A DNA stretch of 64,000 nt from Candidatus Marinacidobacterium sp. (GTDB taxonomy: Bacteria; Acidobacteriota; Vicinamibacteria; Marinacidobacterales; Marinacidobacteraceae). The stretch lies in assembly GCA_965204755.1 (NCBI GenBank), contig OZ242011.1:3200001-3264000 (forward strand), in the 5' to 3' direction. The stretch's first letter is position 1, and each line of letters starts with the position of its first letter. Of this stretch, positions 1 to 9,023 are shown piece after piece. A program made the position numbers and the translations under genes. Under the pieces are notes generated by a model, which made no database searches, was not told where the DNA came from, and worked only from the letters and a program-made list of their open reading frames with translations.

Positions 1-471
1 GGTGAAGAGCGGCTCCGGGAACCGCTCGGCGAGTTGCATCCCGGCGGGCAGCCCGATGCCGCAGACGCTCCCCTCCCGCTGGTACTCCTTCCAGCCCGAG
101 CCGTAGAGGAAGCCGCGCATCACGCACTCGAAGGGGATCGGCGTGAGCCGCTTCACCAGCATCGAGCGGCCTTCGAGTTGCCCCCGCGCCGGGGTGAGCG
201 CCGCCGGGTACTTCTCGACCTCGGCGGTGATCAGGTGGTTCGGGACGATCTCGGTCGTGCGCTTCAGCCACCAGGCGCTCAGGCTGTTCAGCACCCGCCC
301 CTTCTCCGGGATCCCCTCCGGAAGCACCACATCGAACGCGGACACCCGGTCGGTGGTGACGAGCAACAGGTCGTCCCCGACCCGGTAGATGTCCCGGACT
401 TTCCCTTCGGAAACCCGGCTCACGCCGGGGCAGGAGGAGTCGAGCGAAGTACGGAGGAGCGCGTCAGCCAT
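1..471 (-). CDS. purC: SAICAR synthase (3' end beyond window)
   Basis: Not in the ORF track. Manual translation from ATG 471 gives MADALLRT...EGKVRDIY...VTTDRVSAFDVVLPEGIPEKGRVLN...FECVMRGFLYGSGWKEY, which are PurC motifs. Confidence 0.95.
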   Translation of the reverse strand, partial: MADALLRTSLDSSCPGVSRVSEGKVRDIYRVGDDLLLVTTDRVSAFDVVLPEGIPEKGRVLNSLSAWWLKRTTEIVPNHLITAEVEKYPAALTPARGQLEGRSMLVKRLTPIPFECVMRGFLYGSGWKEYQREGSVCGIGLPAGMQLAERFPEPLFT

Positions 472-631
472 CCCCGAATTCTACGGAGCCCCGGCCCCCG
501 GCGAACGGCGGAATTGCGCCGCCGCCGGCGCGCGGCGTTCGCGCGCGCCGGCCCCAGGCGGCGGAGCCCCGGCGCCGCCGCGCCGAGGGCAGGGGCAACC
601 GCCTAGAATCCGTGCGAGGACGGGCGCGGCG

Positions 632-1723
632 GTGATTCAGACTTTCTCCGTCGGGGACTATCGGGGGATCGGCGGGCTCGCCGTGGAAGGGCTTCGCCGG
701 GTGAATCTGGTGGCCGGTCCCAACGGCGTCGGAAAGACCGCGCTGCTCGAAGCGCTGTGGACGTTCCACGGTCGGTTCCTTCCCTCGAACCTGTGGAACC
801 GGCACATTCAGCGCACGAGGCGTGAATCGTTGGATCCCGTCGCCGCGCTGGCGCGGCAGGGAGTGGATCTCGCCGGTACCGAGGACGGCGTCTCCCGAGC
901 CGCGAAGTTCGCGTTCGCACGGGACGCGGCCCTTCCGGCGACGAGTCGTAACGGGCCGGATGGCGGGAACAGTGCAACCCCGCCCACCCTCGTGACGGAT
1001 GGCGCCGCCGCCGGAGTGCCCATGACGCCGATTCGCATCGATGGGCGGTTGCGGGTGTGGCTCGACGGGGAGGAGGTCCATGAGCCCGTACAGCCGTTTC
1101 GGACGGGAAACGGGTTCGTGTTGGTTCCGCTCCCGGCGCCGTCTGAACCGAGGCCCGCCGGCGTCATCGATCTACCGACGATGGCGTTCGATCCCTCGGA
1201 GGGCGCGATCAACCACTACTCCCGCATCCTCCGCCGAGGTGCAAAGGAAGAGTTGAAGCGGAGACTGCGTCTCATTCTCCCGTTGGTGGAGGATCTGGAG
1301 ATCGTCACCAGCGACGATGGCGCCCCCTACTTGATGGCGACCACCGACGACGGAGAACGCATGGCGCTGCAGGCTCTCGGCGGAGGGATGATGCGCCTGT
1401 TTCGGACTTACACGCACTTCTACACGGCGTCTGGCGGCGGTCTGCTGCTGCTCGATGAGGTTGAGAACGGACTGCACCACTCGGTGCTCGAGAGGCTGTG
1501 GACCGACATCCGAGACATGGCGGACGCACTGGATGTCCAAGTGTTTGCGACGACCCACAGCGTCGAGTGCGTCAGGGCCGCCGTGGCGGCCTTCACCGAC
1601 GCCTGGTCGGACTTGGCCGTGATCGGCGTCTATCGTCCGCGGGACGAAGAGGGAGCGCGGGCCGTCATGTATGCCGACGACCTGCTCCGGGTCGCGACGG
1701 ACAACGGTATGGAGTTGCGGTGA
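632..1723 (+). CDS. ABC/AAA_21-type ATPase
   Basis: Walker A GPNGVGKT, signature LGGG, Walker B LLLLDEVENGLH, H-loop TTHS. Start placed at GTG 632; TAGAAT at 604-609. Confidence 0.85.
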   Translation: MIQTFSVGDYRGIGGLAVEGLRRVNLVAGPNGVGKTALLEALWTFHGRFLPSNLWNRHIQRTRRESLDPVAALARQGVDLAGTEDGVSRAAKFAFARDAALPATSRNGPDGGNSATPPTLVTDGAAAGVPMTPIRIDGRLRVWLDGEEVHEPVQPFRTGNGFVLVPLPAPSEPRPAGVIDLPTMAFDPSEGAINHYSRILRRGAKEELKRRLRLILPLVEDLEIVTSDDGAPYLMATTDDGERMALQALGGGMMRLFRTYTHFYTASGGGLLLLDEVENGLHHSVLERLWTDIRDMADALDVQVFATTHSVECVRAAVAAFTDAWSDLAVIGVYRPRDEEGARAVMYADDLLRVATDNGMELR

Positions 1724-2364
1724 CTCTCGGAGACGCGGGCTCCGCCGGGCTCATCCACCGGTCCCGCGTCCTGCTCGTGGAAGGAAAGGACGAGGCCCGG
1801 TTCTTCTCCTCGCTGTTGAGCGCCACTCCGGGCCCGAATCCCTTCCAGATCGTGCCGGTCGGAAAAGAGAAACTGCGTGAGAACTTGACCTTCGTTCGAG
1901 CCATGTTCGCCCGGGCCGCCTTGACCTGTGAGGCTCTCGGGGTCGTGCGCGACGCGGATGAAGACGCGGGGCGGGCCTTCCAGAGCGTCCGGGACGCTCT
2001 CCGCGACCGGAAGTGGATCCCTCCCTCTCGGCACGGCGAGGTCACCTGCGGCGTCCCGAAGATCGGCGTGTTCATCATGCCCGACGGAGAGGAAAAGGGA
2101 GCGCTCGAAACCCTCTGCCGGCGCGCTGTCGAAGAAACCGAGGCCGGCCGCTGCGCGACGGAATACCTGCGCTGCATGGAGCGGGCGGGCCGGATGGCCG
2201 GCATCGCGGCGCGGAGGGACAAGGCCTTCGCCCACACTTACCTCGCCGGCGGCGACGACCCGGTCGCCCGCGTGGGAGAAGGCGCCGAGCAGGGTATTTG
2301 GGACTACACCCATGCCGCGTTTTCGCCGCTCGTGGATTTCGTCCGGCGGCTCGGTTCGTCCTGA
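1720..2364 (+). CDS. DUF3226-like TOPRIM-fold protein
   Basis: GTGA overlap with the ATPase stop. LLVEGKDE (TOPRIM Glu), VVRDAD (DxD) and FIMPD..GALETL motifs. Confidence 0.75.
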   Translation: MTLGDAGSAGLIHRSRVLLVEGKDEARFFSSLLSATPGPNPFQIVPVGKEKLRENLTFVRAMFARAALTCEALGVVRDADEDAGRAFQSVRDALRDRKWIPPSRHGEVTCGVPKIGVFIMPDGEEKGALETLCRRAVEETEAGRCATEYLRCMERAGRMAGIAARRDKAFAHTYLAGGDDPVARVGEGAEQGIWDYTHAAFSPLVDFVRRLGSS

Positions 2365-2467
2365 GCCTTCGCCCCGATCGAGGTCGGGAGTATCCGCGCG
2401 ACCCGAGTCGGGCCGCGCGCCGCTCTGCGAGACGAGCGGGTTCGGAGCCGTCAGGCCCCGGAGGGGG

Positions 2468-2737
2468 TCAGCCGGCGGCCGCGGCGCGGACGAGGTGGGA
2501 GAGGCGGGACTTCGCGCGGGCGGCGGCGTTTCGATGCATGATGCCGCGGCCGGCCATGCGGTCGATCAGGGCGATGGTCTTCGGCAGGCGTTCGTTCGCG
2601 GCGTCGGCGTCGCCGGCGGCGACGGCTTCCCGGAGGTGGCGGATGGCGGTGCGGAGGCCGCTCCGGTGGTGGCGGTTGCGGAGGCGGCGGACTTCGTTCT
2701 GCCGCGCGCGCTTGCGGGCGGATCGGCTGTGGGCCAT
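2468..2737 (-). CDS. rpsT: 30S ribosomal protein S20
   Basis: MAHSRSARKRARQNEVRRLRN...GIMHRNAAARAKSRL. Confidence 0.97.
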   Translation of the reverse strand: MAHSRSARKRARQNEVRRLRNRHHRSGLRTAIRHLREAVAAGDADAANERLPKTIALIDRMAGRGIMHRNAAARAKSRLSHLVRAAAAG

Positions 2738-2864
2738 CGGGTCGTCGTTACCGGTTCTTTCGTCGTCGAGGAAGGGGGAGAGACTGGCGCCGGGCCGGCG
2801 CGGCCGGCGGGCAACCCGCGATTCTACCCTGCCGGGGCCTTCGACCTGCGCCGGACGAGCGGGT

Positions 2865-3908
2865 TCAGCGCTGACGGTCGGGCTCGGGGGCGCCGGTCAG
2901 TCGGACGGAGCCGCTGAAAGTGTTCACCGCGAGGTGGGGGCCGCCCTCTCCCCGGCGGGCGTGCAAATACCGCGGGCCGGTCTGTCCTTCGACCGCCACC
3001 TCGCTCTCGATCCGGCCGGTGTAACTCGCGGCTTCCACGGCGATCCCGGCGAGGGAAGAGAGATCCACGGCGACATCGCCGGAATGGGTCTGGATGTCGT
3101 ACCAGCCGCTCGGCCGGAACTCGCCGCCGAGACTGACCGCTCCGCTGAGCGTCTGCAGCCGGCTCCTCCGGGCCCCCAGGTCGCGGATCGAGAGGGGGCC
3201 GCTCACGGTTTCCGCGTGGAACGCGTCGGCTTCCAGACCGCGAACCGTGACCTCCCCGCTGATGCTGCGGAGCCGGAAGGTCGCCTCCGGCGAACTGAGC
3301 CCGGCGACGGTGATGGCCGCCGAGAAAGTGCGGACCACCAGTGAGGCGCCGTCGGGAAGCCACACCTCGAGATCCACCGAAACCGGGAGGATGCGCCGGG
3401 GCACGCGGATCTCCGTGATCGGGACTTCGCCGGTCGGATCGGGGCGCGCTCCCTCGGCTTCCGCCGGCGAGCGGCGGCCGGCGGCGCGGGCGCGCATCGG
3501 CGAGGGGCCGATGCGGTAGTGCCGGCCGTGGCGGGTGAGGCCCAGGTCCACCCGTTCGAGCAGCCGCGCCGCTTCCTCCGGCGGACGCTCCTCGGTGAGC
3601 CGCTTCACTCCCACGATGCGGAGGATCCGCTCTTCCCCGGGATCGGTCTCGTGGACTTCCACATGGCCGGCGAAGTTCATGACGGTGACCGTGGCGTCCT
3701 CCTCCACTTCCACGGCGTGTTCCACCCGCTCCGGGACTTCGCGTTGCGCCGCGGCGCGTTCGCCGCCGGCGGGGAAGGCGGCGCCGGCGTTCGGGAGCGC
3801 GATCGCTGTCGGCGCGATCACCGTCAGGAGCGCGAGGCGGCGCGCGCCCGGCGGGGTATGGCGATGCGGTCGCTCGGTCGTTCTCATGATTCGTTCCTCG
3901 CCGGTCAT
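2865..3908 (-). CDS. DUF4097 beta-strand repeat protein, exported
   Basis: Signal-like segment followed by repeated TFSA/SISG/TVSG/TLSG/THSG/TFSG units. ATG 3908 overlaps the upstream stop. Confidence 0.75.
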   Translation of the reverse strand: MTGEERIMRTTERPHRHTPPGARRLALLTVIAPTAIALPNAGAAFPAGGERAAAQREVPERVEHAVEVEEDATVTVMNFAGHVEVHETDPGEERILRIVGVKRLTEERPPEEAARLLERVDLGLTRHGRHYRIGPSPMRARAAGRRSPAEAEGARPDPTGEVPITEIRVPRRILPVSVDLEVWLPDGASLVVRTFSAAITVAGLSSPEATFRLRSISGEVTVRGLEADAFHAETVSGPLSIRDLGARRSRLQTLSGAVSLGGEFRPSGWYDIQTHSGDVAVDLSSLAGIAVEAASYTGRIESEVAVEGQTGPRYLHARRGEGGPHLAVNTFSGSVRLTGAPEPDRQR

Positions 3909-4363
3909 CCGGTCTCCGGCGGTTCGCGCCCGGAAAGGGCTTCGATCCGTTCCTGCGCGGTGGCGCCGTCGCCCCGTTCCAGGTCCTGCATGAGCATCAG
4001 CGTGTTGTGGAACAGGTCCAACTTGCGCCGCAGGGTCTGGAGCAGGGTCTCCTGCGCCTCCTCGTCGTCGGGCGCTTCCGCCGCCAGGCGCCGGCTCTCG
4101 GCGATGGCGGCGTCCAGCGCCTCGATCTCGGGCTCCATCGCCTCCTGCACTTCGTCGAAACCCGTCGGCGCTTCGCCCGCCCGGATGGCGGACTCGATGT
4201 CGCCGATGGCTTCTTCGTAGAGCGCCTCCGCCTCCGTCACCGGGTGGGTCGGCGCGCCGGCGTCGGGCGGCGCCACTTCGGCGCCGTCCTCTCCCGGCCA
4301 CAGCAGCAGGACGAGCGCGAGCGCGGCCACCAGGGCCGGCCACGCCCAACGGGGAACCCGCAT
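3905..4363 (-). CDS. TM + helical protein resembling the extracytoplasmic half of an anti-sigma factor
   Basis: N-terminal TM (WPALVAALALVLLLW), then an acidic helical region (YEEAIGDIE...IEALDAAIAESRR...RKLDLF). Lies directly upstream of DUF4097. Confidence 0.55.
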   Translation of the reverse strand: MRVPRWAWPALVAALALVLLLWPGEDGAEVAPPDAGAPTHPVTEAEALYEEAIGDIESAIRAGEAPTGFDEVQEAMEPEIEALDAAIAESRRLAAEAPDDEEAQETLLQTLRRKLDLFHNTLMLMQDLERGDGATAQERIEALSGREPPETG

Positions 4364-4417
4364 CGAACGCGCGGAAACCTAGCAGCGGCGGCCGCCGGCG
4401 AGTCGTCCGTCGCGAGG

Positions 4418-4837
4418 TCAGTCCGGCGCCGCGGCGCTCTCTTTGTCGTCCTTTTCGTGGAACAGGTGTCCGAAACCGAACCCGAGGACCAAGGCGTTCC
4501 ACAGCCCCAGAAGGAGCGCTTCGAGGGCGGTGTCGGGCCAGGAGGATCCGAAGAAGCCCATGAAGTTCGCCCACCCCCAGACCGCGGTCACGGTCGCCGC
4601 GCCCACCAGCGCCCCGACCACGAACGGGTAAGCGCTGCCGCCGACGAAGCGGGAGCGCCACCGAACGGCGAGTCGGCGAAACAGCGGGAATCCCGCCGAG
4701 ACTCCGCAGGCGCTGCCTATTCCATAGAGAACCGCGCCGTCCCAGCCGGTCGCCGGCGGGGTCAGGACCGCCATGGCGACGAAGACCCCGACGCCGAAAC
4801 AGACCCCGAGCGAGAGGGTCGCTTCCCGCGTAGTCAT
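4418..4837 (-). CDS. hypothetical 4-TM membrane protein
   Basis: ATG 4837 overlaps the upstream stop; four hydrophobic segments. Confidence 0.6.
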   Translation of the reverse strand: MTTREATLSLGVCFGVGVFVAMAVLTPPATGWDGAVLYGIGSACGVSAGFPLFRRLAVRWRSRFVGGSAYPFVVGALVGAATVTAVWGWANFMGFFGSSWPDTALEALLLGLWNALVLGFGFGHLFHEKDDKESAAAPD

Positions 4838-5262
4838 GATCGCGGGGGCCCCTCGGCGGCCGGCGTGAGGAAGAAGGCCGTCCAGAACCCGACGAGGCCC
4901 GCAGCCAGGACTTCCTTCAACCAAGGCGCGGCCTCCGGCGACGGGCCGTCGATCAACACATTGCACTGCGCGTCGAGAACGAAGAGGAAGACGACCCCGG
5001 CGGCGAACGCGAGGAGTGACCAGTTCCCGGAGCGACGGACAACTCGGTCGTCGAGCCATCGGCGCGCCCGGGCGAGGAAGAGGAGTCCCGCGAAGAGTCC
5101 GGCGGCGAGCCCGGCGCCCACCGCCCAACTCGAGAAACCGTTCGGCTCCTCACCCACCAGGAGCAGGAAGGTCATCAGCCCGCCGCCGACGCCGAACCCG
5201 GCGGCCAGGAGGAGCCGGTTCCGCAGCCTTCTCGCCGCGCCGCTCTTCGATTCCTCGGTCAC
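4834..5262 (-). CDS. hypothetical 4-TM membrane protein
   Basis: GTG 5262 preceded by GAGAGGAG SD; four hydrophobic segments. Confidence 0.6.
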   Translation of the reverse strand: MTEESKSGAARRLRNRLLLAAGFGVGGGLMTFLLLVGEEPNGFSSWAVGAGLAAGLFAGLLFLARARRWLDDRVVRRSGNWSLLAFAAGVVFLFVLDAQCNVLIDGPSPEAAPWLKEVLAAGLVGFWTAFFLTPAAEGPPRS

Positions 5263-5442
5263 GAAGGCTCCTCTCTCCCGTTTTCCGTTCGGTACTGCAC
5301 CTTTTGTCACGCCGGGGCGAGTTTTCAAGGGGTAGGGCGCAAGAAATTCGCGGGCAAGTCCCACGGTCGGGTGCGCTCAGCGGCGACTTCGCGCCATCGT
5401 CCGCCCCCGCGGCCCCGGCCGGGGGAGGTCAGCCGGCGGAGG

Positions 5443-7173
5443 TCAGCCGGCGGTGAGTCTCCAGAGCAGCAGCGCGGCGGCGGCGAGGGCGGCGAAGAGG
5501 ATCGTGCGGCCGATGGGGCGGTGGAAGGAGAAGGCTTCGGCCGTATCGGGACTCGGCGCTCCGTCCCCCCGGCCGCCGCCGCGCGAAGCGAGTCCGCGGG
5601 CGGCGCGGCCGGCGGCGGCGATGATCCGGCGGCGGAGCAACACGGCCTCCGGCTGGGCTTCGCCGAGGCGGCGGACGACGGCGGCGCCGAGCCGGCGGAG
5701 CGGGCGGCGGTAGAACCAGTCCGTGTCCAGCGTGAGTCCGGGCGAGGGTTTCAGCCGGGCGTAGAACAGCAGGAACGCGACGCCGGCGGCGGCGAGCAAC
5801 TGCGACGAGGAGACGATGTGGTCGAGGGTGAACGGGTGGTACTCGGCGGCCTCCGGCAACCGGCGGTACAGGAGGTCCGGCGCTGCGCCGTAGAGCAGGC
5901 AGAGCCCTCCGGCGAGGCCCATCGCCGCCAGCAGGTTCGACGGCAGCCGGGCCACGGCCAATCCCCGCCGCTCGCCGAAGAAGGCGAAGGCCGGGAGTTT
6001 CAGTCCCACGGAGAGGAAGGTGCCCACCGCCGCGAGGCCGAGCAGCAACTCCGCGGTGGGGAAGTGCGCCTCGCCGGCCGCGCTCACGATCATGGACTTG
6101 CTGATGAACCCGTTGAAGCCGGGCGCCCCGGAGATCGAGAGCGCCCCCACCAGGTACATCCCGACCGCGAAGGGCATCTTCCCGGCGACCGCGCCGAGCG
6201 CCGACAGTCGGCGCTTGCCGGTCGCCTCGATGGCGGCGCCGGCGCCCATGAACAGGAGCGCCTTGTAGAGGATGTGGGAGAACGCGTGGGCGGCCGCCCC
6301 GTTCAGCGCGAGCGCCGTCCCGATGCCGACCCCGGTCACCATGTACCCGACCTGGCTGACGATGTGGTAGCCGAGCAGCCGCCGGAGGTCGTTCTCGAGC
6401 AGGGCGAAGACCACCCCGTAGAGGGACATCGCCACCCCGAGCGGCACGAGCAGCGCCTCGCCGGGGAAGAGCCGCAGCAGCGCGTACACCGCCGTCTTCG
6501 TGGTGAACGCGGAGAGGAACACCGAGCCGGAAGTGCTCGCCTCCGGGTAGGAGTCGGTGAGCCAGGCGTGGAGCGGCGGGACGGCCGCGTTCAGCGCCAC
6601 CGCGGCCAGGATCAGCCAGGAGGGCGGCCCCGCCCCGGCGAGGACGGAGAGCGCCGCCCCGCCCCCGCCGCCGAGGTGGAACACGATCCCCAAGAAGAGC
6701 AGCGCGCCCCCGGCGGAGTGGACGAGCAGGTAGCGCATCCCGGCGGACCGGGCCGCGGGCGTCCCGCCCTCCCACACCACCACCAGCGAGGTCAGCGCCA
6801 TGGCCTCCCAGAACACGAAGAAGGTGATCCAGTCGCCGGCGAACACGGTGGCGATCGCCGAACCGGCGTAGGCCAGCGCGGCGGCGGTCTCCCGGGCGCG
6901 GAGCCGGTGCGCCCCGTAGAGGAGGCCGAGGAGGGCCACCACGGAGAACACCAGCCCGAACAGCAGGCTGAGCCGGTCGGCCCGGAACCAGAGCACTTCG
7001 AAACCGGCGACCTCCGCGGTGAGGCTGGCCGGGCCGAGCCGCAGTTGGGTGAGGAGCGCGGCGGCGGCGAAGGCGATCCCGATCGGCGGCGCCGGGAGGA
7101 GGCGCCGGAGCAGGAGCGTGGCCAGCGCTCCCGCGAAGAGCCAGAAGGCCGGGTGCGAAGCGATCCCGGTCAC
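5443..7173 (-). CDS. mrpD: Na+/H+ antiporter subunit D/A-like (third copy)
   Basis: FFVFWEAM, PLHAWLTDSYP, FTTKTAVY, HAFSHILYKALLF, NGFISK. Confidence 0.88.
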   Translation of the reverse strand: MTGIASHPAFWLFAGALATLLLRRLLPAPPIGIAFAAAALLTQLRLGPASLTAEVAGFEVLWFRADRLSLLFGLVFSVVALLGLLYGAHRLRARETAAALAYAGSAIATVFAGDWITFFVFWEAMALTSLVVVWEGGTPAARSAGMRYLLVHSAGGALLFLGIVFHLGGGGGAALSVLAGAGPPSWLILAAVALNAAVPPLHAWLTDSYPEASTSGSVFLSAFTTKTAVYALLRLFPGEALLVPLGVAMSLYGVVFALLENDLRRLLGYHIVSQVGYMVTGVGIGTALALNGAAAHAFSHILYKALLFMGAGAAIEATGKRRLSALGAVAGKMPFAVGMYLVGALSISGAPGFNGFISKSMIVSAAGEAHFPTAELLLGLAAVGTFLSVGLKLPAFAFFGERRGLAVARLPSNLLAAMGLAGGLCLLYGAAPDLLYRRLPEAAEYHPFTLDHIVSSSQLLAAAGVAFLLFYARLKPSPGLTLDTDWFYRRPLRRLGAAVVRRLGEAQPEAVLLRRRIIAAAGRAARGLASRGGGRGDGAPSPDTAEAFSFHRPIGRTILFAALAAAALLLWRLTAG

Positions 7174-7460
7174 CCGAGGCGCTCCTCGTCGTCGTCCGCG
7201 GCCGGTTCGGCGTAGTAGTCCTCTCGGCGGCCGAGCGCCGGTTTCACCACCGTCTTGGCCCCCAGGATCAGGAGGCCGCCCCCGACGAACCCGAAGGCCA
7301 GGTCCCAGAGCGGGACGGCGTTCCAGAAGCCGCCGTGGTGTTCGGCGCCGGAGAGGAACACCGCGAGGTCGGCGGCGATGAGCACCGCCGCGGCGAGCGC
7401 CGGCCCGAAGAGGCGCAAGGCGCGGGCGCCGGTCATCGGAGGTCGCGAAGGAGCGCTCAT
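7170..7460 (-). CDS. small 2-TM protein of the Mrp operon
   Basis: HHGGFW..VP..FGFVGG..LGRREDYY; coupled to the downstream mrpD by GTGA. Confidence 0.75.
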   Translation of the reverse strand: MSAPSRPPMTGARALRLFGPALAAAVLIAADLAVFLSGAEHHGGFWNAVPLWDLAFGFVGGGLLILGAKTVVKPALGRREDYYAEPAADDDEERLG

Positions 7461-7510
7461 CGCAAGGCGCGGGCGCCGGTCACCGGAAGGTGCGGGCGCC
7501 GGTCATCGCA
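7414..7510 (-). repeat. three imperfect ~23-bp copies of a start-codon region, encoding relay mini-ORFs
   Basis: AGGYGCGGGCGCCGGTCAYCG three times on the + strand. Minus strand reads MTGARTFR* (7506-7480), MTGARALR* (7483-7457), then MTGARALR again inside the 96-aa gene. Confidence 0.9.
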
Positions 7511-9023
7511 GGTTCGGGAGCGCGGCCAGCGCCGTCGGGGCCGCCGCCGCCACCTGCGCCGCCGCGGCTTTCGCCAACTCGAAGAAGCGGACCCCGGCGT
7601 TCGGGGCGACGCCCAGGACGACCGCGCAGGCGGCGGCCAACGCCGGCGGCGCCCAGAGCAGCGGCGTGGGCTCGCCGCCGGGGGCGGCGTCGGCCGCGCG
7701 CTCGAAGAACGCCGTTCGCAGGATCGGGAGGTAGTAGCCCAGGTTTAGCAGGCCGCTGCCCACCAGCAGCGCCGCCGGCCAGAGGGCGCCGCCTTCCAGC
7801 CCGCCGAGCGCGAGGTTCCACTTGCTCAGGAATCCCGGGAGGAGCGGCACCCCGGCCATCCCCAGCGCGCCGACGGTGAACGCGCCGAAGGTGATCGGCA
7901 TCGTCCGTCCCAGGCCGGCCAGAGCGGAGATGCGTTCCTTGCCGGTGGCGGCGTACACCGCGCCCGCGCAGAAGAAGAGGGTGATCTTCGTGAAGCCGTG
8001 GGCGGCGATGTGGAAGGCGGCGCCGGTGAGCGCCAGCGGCGTCCCGATCGCTCCGCCGAGGACGATGTAACTCAACTGGCTCACCGTGGAGTAGGCCAAC
8101 CGGCGCTTCAGGTGGTCTTCCCCCAGCGCGCGGAGCGAGGCGAACAGGATCGTGCCGCCGGCGAGCAGGGCGAGCGGCAGGCTGAGCCCCAGGTCGCGCA
8201 TCGCCTCCGGCCCGAACACCCAGCCGGTGAGCCGGAGCATCCCGAATGCGCCGGCCTTCACCACCGCGACCGCATGGAGCAGGGCGCTCACCGGGGTCGG
8301 CGCCACCATCGCGGCGGGCAGCCAGCCGTGGAGCGGGAAGACCGCCGCCTTCGCGCCGACGCCCACCAGGAACAGCAGGAAGAGGACCCGGAGCGCGCCG
8401 TCGCTCGCCGTTCCCGCGAGGAAGCCGCCCGGGGTGAACCCGGCGCCGGGCGCCAGGACGCCGGCCCAGATCACCGCGCCGAGGAGCAGTTGGCCGGCGA
8501 GCAGGGTGTAGGCGAGGTAGGCGCGCCCGGAGCCCAGGACCGACCGGGTCCGCCGGTGCACCACCAGCGGCCAGGTGGCGACGGTGAGTACCTCGTAGCC
8601 GATGACGAAGGTGACGAGGTTGGCCGCCAGGGCGATGGCGGCGGCCGCGGAAGCCGCCACCGCGAACGCGGCGTAGTAGCCGGTGGCGTGCGGGGACTTG
8701 AGCGTTCTCAGGTAGCCGACCGAGTAGGCGGAAGTCGCCGTCCACAGCAGCGAGGCCAGGGTGAGGAACAGGAGGCCCAGCGGGTCGGCGCGGAACTGCA
8801 GCGGCGCGCCGGGGAGCAGGGGCAGCGCCGGACTCACCGGTTCCGCGCCGGAGAAGACCGCCGGGAGCATGGCGAGCGCGGCGGCGAGTTGGACGCCGGC
8901 GGCAAGGAAGGTCCAGGTCTCGCGGAGGTTCGGGAACCGCCGGGAGAGGAGGATGGGGACGACCGCGGCGAGCCCGGCGCCGACGGCCGCGAACGGGACG
9001 AGCGAGGGGACTTCGTTCGTCAT
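7503..9023 (-). CDS. mrpD: monovalent cation/H+ antiporter subunit D family
   Basis: FPLHGWLPAAMVAPTPVSALLHAVAVVKAG, LAYSTVSQLSY, HGFTKITLFF. ATG 9023 overlaps the upstream stop. Confidence 0.9.
   Translation of the reverse strand: MTNEVPSLVPFAAVGAGLAAVVPILLSRRFPNLRETWTFLAAGVQLAAALAMLPAVFSGAEPVSPALPLLPGAPLQFRADPLGLLFLTLASLLWTATSAYSVGYLRTLKSPHATGYYAAFAVAASAAAAIALAANLVTFVIGYEVLTVATWPLVVHRRTRSVLGSGRAYLAYTLLAGQLLLGAVIWAGVLAPGAGFTPGGFLAGTASDGALRVLFLLFLVGVGAKAAVFPLHGWLPAAMVAPTPVSALLHAVAVVKAGAFGMLRLTGWVFGPEAMRDLGLSLPLALLAGGTILFASLRALGEDHLKRRLAYSTVSQLSYIVLGGAIGTPLALTGAAFHIAAHGFTKITLFFCAGAVYAATGKERISALAGLGRTMPITFGAFTVGALGMAGVPLLPGFLSKWNLALGGLEGGALWPAALLVGSGLLNLGYYLPILRTAFFERAADAAPGGEPTPLLWAPPALAAACAVVLGVAPNAGVRFFELAKAAAAQVAAAAPTALAALPNLR

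Noticed and set aside
7414-7510. CRISPR-like array
   Set aside because: Only three imperfect copies with no regular unique spacers and no cas genes; the same applies to 59521-59562.
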